Below, in pieces: positions 29,329 to 39,403 of a stretch of DNA of 64,000 nucleotides; positions within the stretch are counted from its first letter, which is position 1; every line of letters starts with the position of its first letter. Source of the stretch: a virus; the IMG/VR virus record IMGVR_UViG_3300033991_000123, positions 4,506 through 68,505 of that record; one strand, given 5' to 3'. The notes beneath the pieces were generated by a model. It saw nothing but the letters and a program-made list of their open reading frames with translations, was not told the DNA's origin and searched no databases. The position numbers were made by a program, and so were the translations under genes.

Positions 29329-31339
29329 TTTTATAGAGCGGGAAATTGCTCGACGGAAGCACTATAATTTTATAAAGCATTTGTGGGTCGGCAGCGATCA
29401 ATTTATTGATGGCCGACATATCCGAATCATTTGCGATCGGATCGATAAGGCTATTGAGGATTTTCGACAGGGAATTTCCACGTTTTTAGTAATTAAAGTA
29501 CCATTTCGGCATTCAAAATCAACAATCGTTTCCAGGTATTTACCTCCAAATTTTATAGGAAAATTTCCGGATAAAGAAGTTATGGTCGCCACATATTCGG
29601 CTTCGCTATGCCGCACGTTTTCACGATTTTCCCGAAACATCATGCGCAGCGAGGAGTACCAATGGCTATTTCCGGACGTGCAGCTTTCTTCTGAGGAGCA
29701 ATCGGTTGATGTATGGGGTATTGAAGGGCGGCAAGGGAAGGTTCATTGGCTAGGTATCGGCGGATCGATTACCGGCAAAGGCGGTTCTCTTATTATTATC
29801 GATGATTTTTTCAAAGGTCGCGAGGAAGCCGCAAGCGAACTGGTCCGAGGAAAAGTTTGGGATTCTATCATTAATGAACTACTCACCCGTCGCGCCGATC
29901 CCTGTATTTCGATTATCCTGGCGACACCCTGGCATTTGGATGACCCGTTTGGGCGCATTAAAGAACAAATGCGACTGAGTAGCAGTTTTCCGCAGTTCGA
30001 AGAACTGGTATTTCCCGCAAAAAGCGAAGCCTATCCGACTGGATACCTATGGCCTGAAAAGTTCGGGGCGGAATGGTATGAATCGCAGTTTGCTACCCTG
30101 GGGCCATATTACGCGGCGGCACTATTGCAGTGTGATCCGACTCCGCGATCAGGAAATATGTTTCGGGTAGATAAATTAAAATTTTACAAATCGCCGCCGG
30201 ATGATGTGCAGTGGACTCGAGGGTGGGATCTGGCCTCGAGTGAAAAAAGCCGCACGTCCAGCGATCCGGATTATACCGTGGGAATTCGCTTGGGGGTGCG
30301 CTGGATCGCTTCCGGGGTTGAGGGGCAAGCTATCCCCATTCTGTATGTTGATGATCTCGTGCGCGGCCGCTGGGAGGCGCTACAACGTAAAAATATTATT
30401 CGAGACAATGCGATTGGTGATGGAGACATTAACCTGGGCGTGGAGTCGTTTGGCGGGTTCAAAGATGCCTATACTGAAATGAGCCAAATTTTAGCCGGAT
30501 TGCGTATCGTTAAAAAGCTGCACATGCCCGGCGATAAGGTTTCAAAATGGGCACCGCTCGAGGCGGCATTCGCGGCCGGGAACGTTTATTTGCGAGAAGC
30601 TCCCTGGAACCAGGATTTCATTCAAGAGTTTTCCGTCGCCCCAGATGGAAAGCACGACGATATCGTGGATGCCCTATCCGTGGCGTTTGCCCTGCATAAT
30701 CCGGGCATCAAACAGGTGTGGCCGTCGTTTGCCGCTATTCACACAATTAAAATGGAGATTCAATGGGATCAAGTTGGCCCTTATTCGACGGCGCACGTAG
30801 GGGCCTTATCGCTACAAAAGGATTTGAGCTTAAATTATTTGGGTGGATTGTGGGATGATAAACTGCAAAAGCTATACGTGTATGGCTGTTTATCCTGGGC
30901 TAGCTGCAATCAAACCGACGTGGTTGAAAAACTGGTTGCAGCAATGAAATTGGATAAATTTCGATTGGATAAATTGATTGGTTCTGAAAATATGTTTTCG
31001 CAAAATGCGTGGGAGCATTCCGTAGCCCGGCAAATCAACCGGCAGATTAAAGATAAAAATCTCCCCGAAGCGGTGACGGTCCGGGAACCATTGCACTTTA
31101 ATTTTTATGGGGCGATTCAGCAGGGAGAAGAGTTGTTCCGGCAGAATTCAATCCTATTAAATAATGATCTGGTCGATGTCCATCGGCAATGGAGATCATG
31201 GGTAATTTCGAAGGGCAAACCCGCTACGGAGGATTGTGGTTATTGCGAGGCGTTATGCCTCATTATTGCCGAATTAAACCGTAAAAAGAAAATAACTATT
31301 GCGGAGCCAAAACAAAAAGATTATATTAAAATAGTATAA
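29276..31339 (+). CDS. terL: Terminase large subunit with C-terminal extension
   Basis: Walker A-like PFRHSKS, GGSITGKGG, IIIDD, TPWHLDD, GWDLA, DPDYT, HDDIVDA. Confidence 0.9.
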   Translation: MLASQYLEAAVSSGLSLDFIEREIARRKHYNFIKHLWVGSDQFIDGRHIRIICDRIDKAIEDFRQGISTFLVIKVPFRHSKSTIVSRYLPPNFIGKFPDKEVMVATYSASLCRTFSRFSRNIMRSEEYQWLFPDVQLSSEEQSVDVWGIEGRQGKVHWLGIGGSITGKGGSLIIIDDFFKGREEAASELVRGKVWDSIINELLTRRADPCISIILATPWHLDDPFGRIKEQMRLSSSFPQFEELVFPAKSEAYPTGYLWPEKFGAEWYESQFATLGPYYAAALLQCDPTPRSGNMFRVDKLKFYKSPPDDVQWTRGWDLASSEKSRTSSDPDYTVGIRLGVRWIASGVEGQAIPILYVDDLVRGRWEALQRKNIIRDNAIGDGDINLGVESFGGFKDAYTEMSQILAGLRIVKKLHMPGDKVSKWAPLEAAFAAGNVYLREAPWNQDFIQEFSVAPDGKHDDIVDALSVAFALHNPGIKQVWPSFAAIHTIKMEIQWDQVGPYSTAHVGALSLQKDLSLNYLGGLWDDKLQKLYVYGCLSWASCNQTDVVEKLVAAMKLDKFRLDKLIGSENMFSQNAWEHSVARQINRQIKDKNLPEAVTVREPLHFNFYGAIQQGEELFRQNSILLNNDLVDVHRQWRSWVISKGKPATEDCGYCEALCLIIAELNRKKKITIAEPKQKDYIKIV

Positions 31340-31377
31340 AAAAAATACTATTTTGATTAAAATAATATACGCGGAAT

Positions 31378-31731
31378 ATGGTACAGAATAAACCAGAACA
31401 CCGTCACGTCGATTGGCGAGATTTAAATCTAATCCCCCGGTTAGTTTCAATCGTTTTACCCGACCAGAATAAAGTTGTAGGAACCGCGTTGTTTTTTCAC
31501 AACAACGAAGGCGGCGCTATTTTATGGGATATCTATATTGAACCCGAATATAGACGGCAGAAATTTGCATCTCATTTATTGGCTGCGGCTAAAGAAATGT
31601 TTGCCAAAATAGAAACCGATTGGAAAAGCCAAGGGGGCCATGATTTATGCATAAAAAATGGTTTTCGGTCACGAAAATTCGATGGGTTGCGACTGATTTG
31701 GGAGAAGGTTGAAATTAAAAAGGAGGAATAA
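31378..31731 (+). CDS. GNAT family acetyltransferase
   Basis: IYIEPEYRRQKFASHLL motif A. Confidence 0.75.
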   Translation: MVQNKPEHRHVDWRDLNLIPRLVSIVLPDQNKVVGTALFFHNNEGGAILWDIYIEPEYRRQKFASHLLAAAKEMFAKIETDWKSQGGHDLCIKNGFRSRKFDGLRLIWEKVEIKKEE

Positions 31732-31732
31732 C

Positions 31733-31891
31733 ATGCCCGCGAAGATTGAAAAAATGGATGGCGGTTATAAGGTATCTACACCGAATATGGTGCATGCAAA
31801 AAAGACCACGAAAGAAAAGGCAAAAAAACAACAGCGACTATTAAACGCGATCGATCATGGTTGGCGACCAACCAAAACGGCGGGGCGATAA
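31733..31891 (+). CDS. Small basic phage protein
   Basis: AGGAGG SD; AKKTTKEKAKKQQRLLNAIDHGW. Confidence 0.7.
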   Translation: MPAKIEKMDGGYKVSTPNMVHAKKTTKEKAKKQQRLLNAIDHGWRPTKTAGR

Positions 31892-32580
31892 TGTTTCCGT
31901 CCGGTGTGATAGTCAGCATCCAACCTCACCCACAAAGTGCGTTGAGTAATCCCGCATCGATAATCGCGATTGCCAGAGAGTGCACTACGTGGGCAAGTGC
32001 CCTGCGGATTGAGGGCAATAACGTTTCGATTGTCGCCGATTCTGTAAAAATCCCGATCATTGGTTTGCGTAAAACAAAAATTAACGCGCTCAATACGTTA
32101 ATTACCGCACGTATTGAGGAGGCTAAGACAATAGCGGAATTCGGCGCTCACTACGTGGCTATGGAATGCACTGATCGATGCGATCCCGAACGTATAGGGT
32201 GGAGTGTTAGTTTCGGCATCAAAGTCATCGCCGATGTGGCGGATGTTGAACATGCCATAATGGCTGAAGAAATGGGTTGTGTCGCGGTAACAACCGCGCT
32301 ATCCGGGTATATAAATAAAGTAACGCACTCGTTCGTTGGGCCGGATATCGCCCTGGTTGAAGCGTGCGTAAAAAAGGTTAAAATACCGGTGATCGCCGAG
32401 GGGCGGTACTGGACTCCAAAGCAATTAGGGGAGGCCCGAGATGCGGGAGCGTATGCCGTGTGTGTGGGAGCCGCGATCACTGATCCGAAAGTACTTACTT
32501 TACATAACAAAATTTGTTTTGATGGATCGTGGAAGGACTTGGCAAAAAATGAATATCGAGACCTTGAATATACCAGATAA
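31891..32580 (+). CDS. nanE: N-acetylmannosamine-6-phosphate 2-epimerase
   Basis: IVSIQ, PIIGLRK, TALSGY, PVIAEGRY, VCVGAAIT motifs. Confidence 0.85.
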   Translation: MFPSGVIVSIQPHPQSALSNPASIIAIARECTTWASALRIEGNNVSIVADSVKIPIIGLRKTKINALNTLITARIEEAKTIAEFGAHYVAMECTDRCDPERIGWSVSFGIKVIADVADVEHAIMAEEMGCVAVTTALSGYINKVTHSFVGPDIALVEACVKKVKIPVIAEGRYWTPKQLGEARDAGAYAVCVGAAITDPKVLTLHNKICFDGSWKDLAKNEYRDLEYTR

Positions 32581-33313
32581 TTTTAAATTGCTTGCGTTAG
32601 GCAGCGGCAATTTTGATCATCATGATGATGGATGGGTAAATCTTGATTACACATTTGAAACAACCAAAAGTAAAAGAAACTGGGATAACATTGATATTAA
32701 GCACAACCTTATGTGGGCGCGCCCCCTTCCGCTGCCTGATAACCGGTTTCGTGGTGTTTATACCGAACATGCATTAGAGCATTTGACGGAAAGCGCCGTC
32801 GGGTATACAGTCAAAGAGGTTTTTCGTATTTTGCAGCCGGGTGGAACGTTTCGAATCGCCGTGCCTGACGCGCAGCGATTTTGGGATATTGTTACTGGTA
32901 TAGACCGTGTAGCCGAGGAATTTCCGTCAGTGTGGCGACCAAAATATCAAATAAACACTAAGGAACAGGTGTTTTTGGATGCACTGCTTACCCCGTTGCG
33001 GGGCACCATTACCGACCAAGAGGTTCAAAAAATAATATCTACAAATTCAATGCACAATGCATTAGCAATTTTGCAGCGTCGAATGGGCGAAATAACAGAG
33101 CAGTATCAAAGCGATCACCCGGGGGCACATATTTCGTGGTGGGATTACGATAAGCTCTCATTTTTATTGGATACCTATGGGTTTGTTGATATATCAAAAC
33201 CGTTAGCTCGAAATGAATCCCGGTATAAGGCGTTTCGCAAGGGATATATCGATCGAACCGCGTTTAAATGTACGATCAGAATAGAAGCGAGCAAGCCGTG
33301 CCCGAACGAGTAA
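32549..33313 (+). CDS. SAM-dependent methyltransferase
   Basis: LALGSG, GWVNLD, EHALEHL, RILQPGGTFRIAVPD. Confidence 0.85.
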   Translation: MNIETLNIPDNFKLLALGSGNFDHHDDGWVNLDYTFETTKSKRNWDNIDIKHNLMWARPLPLPDNRFRGVYTEHALEHLTESAVGYTVKEVFRILQPGGTFRIAVPDAQRFWDIVTGIDRVAEEFPSVWRPKYQINTKEQVFLDALLTPLRGTITDQEVQKIISTNSMHNALAILQRRMGEITEQYQSDHPGAHISWWDYDKLSFLLDTYGFVDISKPLARNESRYKAFRKGYIDRTAFKCTIRIEASKPCPNE

Positions 33314-34134
33314 TGATAGTCGCGGAAATCGGTTGCAATCACATGGGATCGTTCGAAGTTGCCAAACGAATGATCGAAGAAGCAAAGGCATGTGGTTGTA
33401 ATTATGTCAAGTTTCAAAAGCGACATCTTGGCAGTATCTCTAAAGAGATTGCGGAAAAACCATACATTAGCGAGCACTCATTTGGCGATACGTACCTTGA
33501 CCATAGGGCCGCGCTCGAGTTTAACGGGATGCAATGGAAAGAACTTCAAGCGCATGCGGAGCGCGTAGGCATTGGTTTTTTTGGCACAGCGTTTGACCTA
33601 GAATCCGCTCGTTTTTTGAGTAATTTATCAGTGCCGTACCTTAAAATTGGTTCGGGACAGATTCGAGATTTAGAATTTTTAAGAGCTGTTGCCGAAATCG
33701 GCAATCATCCGCCGATTGTCGCGTCAACGGGCATGTGTACCGTCGATGATATTTTTAATATGTTTACATCGTTTGACGGCAAGGTAGAAATTTTCATTCA
33801 TACTACCTCTTCGTACCCATGTCCGGAAGATGAGGTTAATTTGAGGGTAGGGTTACAATATCCCTATGTGCCGTGGGGTCTATCCGGCCACTATATTGCC
33901 GGTAATGGGGCCATTGAAGCCGCCGCCGTAGCGCTTGGGGCTGTGTATATTGAACGTCATTTTACACTTGATCGCACCTGGAAGGGAACGGATCAGGCCG
34001 CATCCTTGGAGCCGGTAGGAATGATAAATGTGGTAAAGGCGATACGCATTGTGGAACGGGCGCTTGGGGATGGAATTAAACGAATTATGCCAAGCGAAAT
34101 GCCGGTGATAGAAAAGTTAGGGTTGAGTAAGTAG
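33313..34134 (+). CDS. neuB: N-acetylneuraminate synthase family (NeuB/SpsE-like, lacks C-terminal SAF domain)
   Basis: IVAEIGCNHMG, VKFQKR, LKIGSG, STGM, HTTSSYP, GLSGH, IERHFTLDR. Confidence 0.9.
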   Translation: MIVAEIGCNHMGSFEVAKRMIEEAKACGCNYVKFQKRHLGSISKEIAEKPYISEHSFGDTYLDHRAALEFNGMQWKELQAHAERVGIGFFGTAFDLESARFLSNLSVPYLKIGSGQIRDLEFLRAVAEIGNHPPIVASTGMCTVDDIFNMFTSFDGKVEIFIHTTSSYPCPEDEVNLRVGLQYPYVPWGLSGHYIAGNGAIEAAAVALGAVYIERHFTLDRTWKGTDQAASLEPVGMINVVKAIRIVERALGDGIKRIMPSEMPVIEKLGLSK

Positions 34135-34136
34135 GT

Positions 34137-34706
34137 ATGAGGATTTTAGTCGCTTGTGAATTTAGCGGTGTGGTTCGTGATGCTTTTTTAAAAAAAGGCC
34201 ACAATGTTATGTCTTGCGACTTGTCGCCGACAGAAAGACCGGGGCCGCATTATTGTGGCGATGTGGAGCCGCTACTTAAACAGCGGTGGGATTTATTGAT
34301 CGCTCATCCGCCATGCACATTTTTATGCAACAGTGGTGTGCGTTGGTTATATGAGATACCTGGCCGATGGGCGAAAATGAAATTAGCTTCTCAATTTTTT
34401 CTTAACTGTCTTAATGCTAATGCCGAGTTTGTGTGTGTTGAAAATCCGATTCCACATAAACATGCAAAAAAAATTATTTGCAAACCGTATAATCAAATTA
34501 TACAACCGTGGCAATTTGGACACGGAGAAACAAAATCAACTTGTCTGTGGTTAAAAAACCTTCCGCTTTTGCGACCAACAAAAGTAGTTGATGGACGATA
34601 TCATCGAATACATGAAATGTCTCCTGGTTTAAATCGTTCAAAATTACGTTCAGTTACTTACGAAGGAATTGCAGCCGCATTTGCTGATCAATGGGGTGAT
34701 TTATGA
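34137..34706 (+). CDS. Short phage-type DNA cytosine methyltransferase-like protein
   Basis: ILVACEFSG, IAHPPCT, VENP, QPWQFG, RSVTYEGIA. Confidence 0.7.
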   Translation: MRILVACEFSGVVRDAFLKKGHNVMSCDLSPTERPGPHYCGDVEPLLKQRWDLLIAHPPCTFLCNSGVRWLYEIPGRWAKMKLASQFFLNCLNANAEFVCVENPIPHKHAKKIICKPYNQIIQPWQFGHGETKSTCLWLKNLPLLRPTKVVDGRYHRIHEMSPGLNRSKLRSVTYEGIAAAFADQWGDL

Positions 34707-35029
34707 GTAAAATTCGTTTTTTCGACATCGACAATACAATTTGCCAAACGAACGGGACCGATTACGAAACCGCCGCGCCGATTGCGGAGCGTATTAAAAA
34801 AATCAACGCCCTTTATCGTGCCGGTGATCGGATTGTATACTGGACGGCTCGAGGGGCGCTTCTTGGCCGCAGTTGGACTGAAATGACCAAGCAGCAGCTT
34901 TATAATTGGGGGTGTAAATACCACGAATTGCGCGTGGATAAACCGTTGTATGACACATTCGTGGATGATCGTAATTTTAATGCAGATGTTTTGGATGATT
35001 TAAAAATATGGGAAAAAATCGTCAAATAG
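34703..35029 (+). CDS. HAD-family phosphatase (capsule-biosynthesis phosphatase-like)
   Basis: FDIDNTI, WTARG, KP..DTFVDD. Confidence 0.85.
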   Translation: MSKIRFFDIDNTICQTNGTDYETAAPIAERIKKINALYRAGDRIVYWTARGALLGRSWTEMTKQQLYNWGCKYHELRVDKPLYDTFVDDRNFNADVLDDLKIWEKIVK

Positions 35030-35193
35030 ATTTATCGAAAAAATCTATAGATTGGCTGGAAAGCAATCTGTTTACGTGTGATTGGCAAGGAGCGGAAGCA
35101 AAGAAAATGGTTCTTTTGGAGTTGTTGCGAAGAGATCCGAATTATAAACCGATATTAAAGCGAGAAGGCGCGGTTCGGGAGATCGATGAATAA
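35008..35193 (+). CDS. Hypothetical small protein
   Basis: Fills gap with overlaps to both neighbours. Confidence 0.4.
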   Translation: MGKNRQIDLSKKSIDWLESNLFTCDWQGAEAKKMVLLELLRRDPNYKPILKREGAVREIDE

Positions 35194-35974
35194 AGTTTGC
35201 ATTACAACCGTTGTGGATGAACACTATGCCGCATACATACCGTTGTTTTGTTGGTGTGTAAAACAGGTATACCCGGCGTATTCATGCAAAATTTTTACTC
35301 GCAATATTGACGTTATTCAGAATTTGTTTTTAAATACTGAGTTTATCCCGTTGTTTGAAGATTTTCCTCGTTATTCATATAATACAATTGCTCTGCGGTT
35401 TGTTATTCCGCCAAAATATTTCGATAAATTCGATTATGTTTACGTAACCGATATTGATATGATGATTATGCCGGAACGCATAAGTATTGAGGATTTTCAT
35501 TGCGGGGAAATGGTTTCTACGGGACTCCCCTATTCTAATTCCCTCCGTAATGTGCATCACTACGCCGGATATCAATCGCTCAGTGGGCTGCATTTCGCTT
35601 CTCGGGCATGGTTTATGAAAACCGAAGCCGAACGCCTAAAATATTACGATTTATTGCAGCGCGGCTTAGTAGGGTTGTATCGGGAATACGATGGTATAAT
35701 GCTCTATCGCATGGCCCGAAATAGCGGTCTGGGGATACCTAAAAAGTATAAACTCAAGAAACGGCACCACGGCATTCATTTAGGGAATTTTAGATTGTAT
35801 AACACAAGGGAAGCGTGGGAATCACGGATACCGCCTGAATACAGATCGCAATGGCAATCCTGGGAGTGTGATCCGGAATTTAGCGAAATAATAAAACATT
35901 GTCGGATAAAAAATAAAATGCTTGATAATCAACTGACTACCCTTCACGATTTTATTAGGAACCCCGGTATATGA
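35186..35974 (+). CDS. Putative GT-A glycosyltransferase
   Basis: YVYVTDIDM DxD motif; cluster context. Confidence 0.6.
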   Translation: MNKVCITTVVDEHYAAYIPLFCWCVKQVYPAYSCKIFTRNIDVIQNLFLNTEFIPLFEDFPRYSYNTIALRFVIPPKYFDKFDYVYVTDIDMMIMPERISIEDFHCGEMVSTGLPYSNSLRNVHHYAGYQSLSGLHFASRAWFMKTEAERLKYYDLLQRGLVGLYREYDGIMLYRMARNSGLGIPKKYKLKKRHHGIHLGNFRLYNTREAWESRIPPEYRSQWQSWECDPEFSEIIKHCRIKNKMLDNQLTTLHDFIRNPGI

Positions 35975-36720
35975 AAACAATCGGCATCATCACCGCTCGA
36001 GGCGGATCAAAGGGAATTCCCGGCAAAAATATTAAATTGTTTGCCGGGAAACCTTTGATCGCTTGGACCATCGAAGCGGCGCGAAGCGCGTATATGCTGG
36101 ATTATGTAATCGTATCTACCGATAGCCATGAAATTGCGGCAGTGGCCCGTCAATATAAGGCCGACGTTCCGTTTATCCGCCCAGGTTATTTAGCCAAAGA
36201 CGACACGCCGCACATAGACGTTATTTTGCACGCCTTGGATGAAATAGGGTATGATCGGTTTACTCATTGCTGCCTATTGCAACCAACCTCTCCCTTGCGC
36301 ACCTCAGACGATATTGACGAGGCGTGTATTTTGGCGAGCAAGCGTAAAAGCAAAACCGTTGTAAGTGTTTCTGAAAACCGTCAATATCCGCTTATTTTGC
36401 CAAGTGCCGTTTTTGGGTATCTTATTCGCCCTCGACATTTAAAACAACGCTATTTACCGCGACAGGCCATTTTGCCGCGCAGCTTTATTAATGGGGCAAT
36501 TTACGTAAATACTATCGAACAGCTACTTAAAAAACGTTCTGTGTATTCGTGGCTTATGTGCGGTTATCCGATGCCCCTGGAACGGTCTATGCAAATCGAT
36601 ACACAATTAGATTTTGATATCGCTGAATATCTGATGATAAAAACCATAGACGCAAAAGAACATAAAACCGAAGCAATAGCGCAAGGTCAGCAAATTCAAT
36701 CTGATTTTTTATTTTTATGA
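35971..36720 (+). CDS. neuA: Acylneuraminate cytidylyltransferase (CMP-NeuNAc synthetase)
   Basis: ITARGGSKGIPGKNIK, VSTDS, LQPTSPLR, NGAIY, QIDTQLDF. Confidence 0.92.
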   Translation: MKTIGIITARGGSKGIPGKNIKLFAGKPLIAWTIEAARSAYMLDYVIVSTDSHEIAAVARQYKADVPFIRPGYLAKDDTPHIDVILHALDEIGYDRFTHCCLLQPTSPLRTSDDIDEACILASKRKSKTVVSVSENRQYPLILPSAVFGYLIRPRHLKQRYLPRQAILPRSFINGAIYVNTIEQLLKKRSVYSWLMCGYPMPLERSMQIDTQLDFDIAEYLMIKTIDAKEHKTEAIAQGQQIQSDFLFL

Positions 36721-37256
36721 AAACACGCATAAGTATTGGAAAGCACACCTACGGTGAACCAAGGATATACGGTAAATCTGCGCATTGTATAATTGGCAAA
36801 TTTTGCAGTATCGGGGAAAATGTGCGAATAGATATCGGTAACGAACATAATCCCAAAAACATTTCAACATTTCCGTTTAACGTAAAATTTCCGGAGATAG
36901 CCGGGCATATAGAAACTCATCCTGTATGTAGGGGCGATGTCATTATTGAAAATGACGTGTGGATAGGTTTTGATGCCATCATTTTAAGCGGTACTCATAT
37001 TTATAATGGGGCTGTAATAGGTGCAAATTCGCTCGTGCGCGGTGATGTTATGCCGTATACGATTCATGCCGGTACGCCTGCGGAGTTTAAGCGGTATCGG
37101 TTTCCATCCGACAGGGATAGGGGCATACTGCAACTAGTGCAATGGTGGGATTGGCCGGATGAATTATTGTTTCGTAAGGACGTTATGGAAATACTCATGG
37201 GTAATGATGTGCAGGCATTATATAAGTTTTGGGAAAGGCATTTGCCGCATGCTTAA
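36717..37256 (+). CDS. CatB/Vat-like hexapeptide O-acetyltransferase
   Basis: IGKFCSIG, IENDVWIG, GAVIGANS, QWWDWP. Confidence 0.88.
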   Translation: MKTRISIGKHTYGEPRIYGKSAHCIIGKFCSIGENVRIDIGNEHNPKNISTFPFNVKFPEIAGHIETHPVCRGDVIIENDVWIGFDAIILSGTHIYNGAVIGANSLVRGDVMPYTIHAGTPAEFKRYRFPSDRDRGILQLVQWWDWPDELLFRKDVMEILMGNDVQALYKFWERHLPHA

Positions 37257-37917
37257 GGTAATCGTGTGTGGCTATCACACAGAAGATGAACAGTTGCAAA
37301 AATGTTTTGATTCGATTAGGATGCAAAGTAAAGAATACCATTTTGTACTTTCTCTTGATCCTGATTCACCGCAACGCAGGTATTTATTAAAAAATACTCG
37401 TTGCGCCATTGATTCTTTTCCGATATTATTGCCGAATGATGTTATTGTTTGTATTGATGCCGATGATTGGCTTATCGATGAAGATACCTTTCGAATCATT
37501 CATGATGCATACGAAGAAAATCCGAATCTCTTACTTACCTATGGCAGTTATGTAAATCTTAGTAGTAATAAGCGGGGAAAATTCTGTGGCGAATATCTTC
37601 CTGACGAATCGTTTCGAACGTCCCCCTGGCGGGGTAGTCATTTGAAAACTTTTAAATACAAATTATGGCAAGCGCTTCCGAAAACGCAATTACAGTGGGA
37701 TAATGGTGAATGGTTCAAATGCTGCGCGGATCGGGCCATGATGATCCCTATGATGGAACTGGCCGGACACGATCGGATTAAATATATCGATATGCTTTTG
37801 TATTGTTACAACGATTTAAACCCTGAATCGGTGTGGAAAACTAATCGAGAACTAAGCCTTAAAACCAGGGATTTTATTGCGGCTCGATCGCCGCTACAAC
37901 GACTCGAGACAATATGA
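37249..37917 (+). CDS. Glycosyltransferase family 2-like
   Basis: CIDADDWL, SHLKTF, YCYN. Confidence 0.8.
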   Translation: MLKVIVCGYHTEDEQLQKCFDSIRMQSKEYHFVLSLDPDSPQRRYLLKNTRCAIDSFPILLPNDVIVCIDADDWLIDEDTFRIIHDAYEENPNLLLTYGSYVNLSSNKRGKFCGEYLPDESFRTSPWRGSHLKTFKYKLWQALPKTQLQWDNGEWFKCCADRAMMIPMMELAGHDRIKYIDMLLYCYNDLNPESVWKTNRELSLKTRDFIAARSPLQRLETI

Positions 37918-38666
37918 GCGCATTACCAAAGGTAAGCATTGTAATTACCTTGTATAATTATCACGATTATATTTTGAATACGATTGAATCTTGTTTAGCG
38001 CAGGATTATAAGGGTGAAATTGAGGTAATTGTAGTGGATGACGCCAGCACCGATCTGGGACCGCAATGGGTACAACGAGTTTATGGCGATAGAATCAAAC
38101 TGATCAAATTTGAACGTAATTGCGGGTATAGCGTTGCCAAAAACGAAGGCATCAAAATGAGCAGCGGGGAATTTATCACCACGATTGACGCTGACGATAT
38201 GCTCACCGACGATAGTATCAGTATTCGCGCCCAGATTCTGTTAAAACAGCCGGACGTATCGGTGGTTCATGCCTTGGCCTGGGTAATCAAGGGAGAGGGA
38301 GATCGGGTTTATTGGACTAAGCGATATCGGAAAATTCATGTAGCGCAAAACCGGAAAATCCATGCGCAAACAGTAATGGTTAGGCGGTCGATATATACAA
38401 AATACGGAATGTATGATGAACGGTTACGATCACGCGCTGATAATGAAATGTGGTGGAGGTTGCAAAACGTGGCGCGTATAGGTGATCAGTTTTATTTTTT
38501 GGAACAACCTGTAGCGTTTTATCGCAAGCATTCAGCTTCAATGGTTGAATATCGGAAAAAACATCCGTTATACAATTTGACGGTTTCAACGATTTTGGAA
38601 GAGCAAAAAAACATGCGCCTAACCCAGGGTATCACGCGCGAAAATACGAGGTTTTTAAAGCGATGA
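37914..38666 (+). CDS. Glycosyltransferase family 2
   Basis: VSIVITLYN, VVDDASTD, AKNEGI, IDADD. Confidence 0.9.
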   Translation: MSALPKVSIVITLYNYHDYILNTIESCLAQDYKGEIEVIVVDDASTDLGPQWVQRVYGDRIKLIKFERNCGYSVAKNEGIKMSSGEFITTIDADDMLTDDSISIRAQILLKQPDVSVVHALAWVIKGEGDRVYWTKRYRKIHVAQNRKIHAQTVMVRRSIYTKYGMYDERLRSRADNEMWWRLQNVARIGDQFYFLEQPVAFYRKHSASMVEYRKKHPLYNLTVSTILEEQKNMRLTQGITRENTRFLKR

Positions 38667-39403
38667 TGAAATTTAAACATTATATTGTGACCAGGTTTAA
38701 CATTGGCTTGTATCAATTGATAAACGTTGATCCGCAAAAATGGTTTAATGAGCGCATTAAGGTTTTCGCCGATATTACTGTTCCATCAATACGCAAGCAA
38801 ACATGCCAAAATTTTGAATGGGTTCTGCTTTTTGACCAGCAGACCCCGACCGATCATGCGCGTAAAATGAAAAACGTTCTCGAAAGCATTCCAAATGTTC
38901 GCAGCCTATTTCTTTCGCTGCCGAAAGATTGGGTATTTAAAAAATATAGCGAGCGGGGATCGGTTACGGCTAATTATACTCCTCTCGTAAAATATATACA
39001 GCCACAAAGCAAGTATTCTCTACAAACTCGTCTTGATAACGACGACGCCCTGATGCCTGATGCCGTTGAAAAAATCCAAATGAACGTCATAACGGCTAAA
39101 AACCGTTATATCGTTGATATCCGACTAGGATATATTTTAGATACACTAAAAAAGCACGCATTTAACGCGGTGCATCCGATCGGATCGCCATTTCTGAGCC
39201 TGTTTCAGACAAATAATAAAAATACAATTTCAGTATATAATAACATGCATCGCAGCATGGTAAAGGATGTTCACGTGCGTACAATTAATGAGCGTTTATG
39301 GGTAATGCACGTACATGGCAATAATGTGTCGAACCGAGTATTTGATTGGATGGCGCAAAAACAAATTAACTATAACGAATTATTGGGGACGATCACACAA
39401 TGA
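38663..39403 (+). CDS. Putative rhamnosyltransferase-like glycosyltransferase
   Basis: HYIVTRFN, PSIRKQTCQNFEW, TRLDNDD. Confidence 0.75.
   Translation: MMKFKHYIVTRFNIGLYQLINVDPQKWFNERIKVFADITVPSIRKQTCQNFEWVLLFDQQTPTDHARKMKNVLESIPNVRSLFLSLPKDWVFKKYSERGSVTANYTPLVKYIQPQSKYSLQTRLDNDDALMPDAVEKIQMNVITAKNRYIVDIRLGYILDTLKKHAFNAVHPIGSPFLSLFQTNNKNTISVYNNMHRSMVKDVHVRTINERLWVMHVHGNNVSNRVFDWMAQKQINYNELLGTITQ

Noticed and set aside
36717-37256. Antibiotic resistance gene (cat/vat)
   Set aside because: Its context within a sugar cluster points to a glycan O-acetyltransferase of the same fold.
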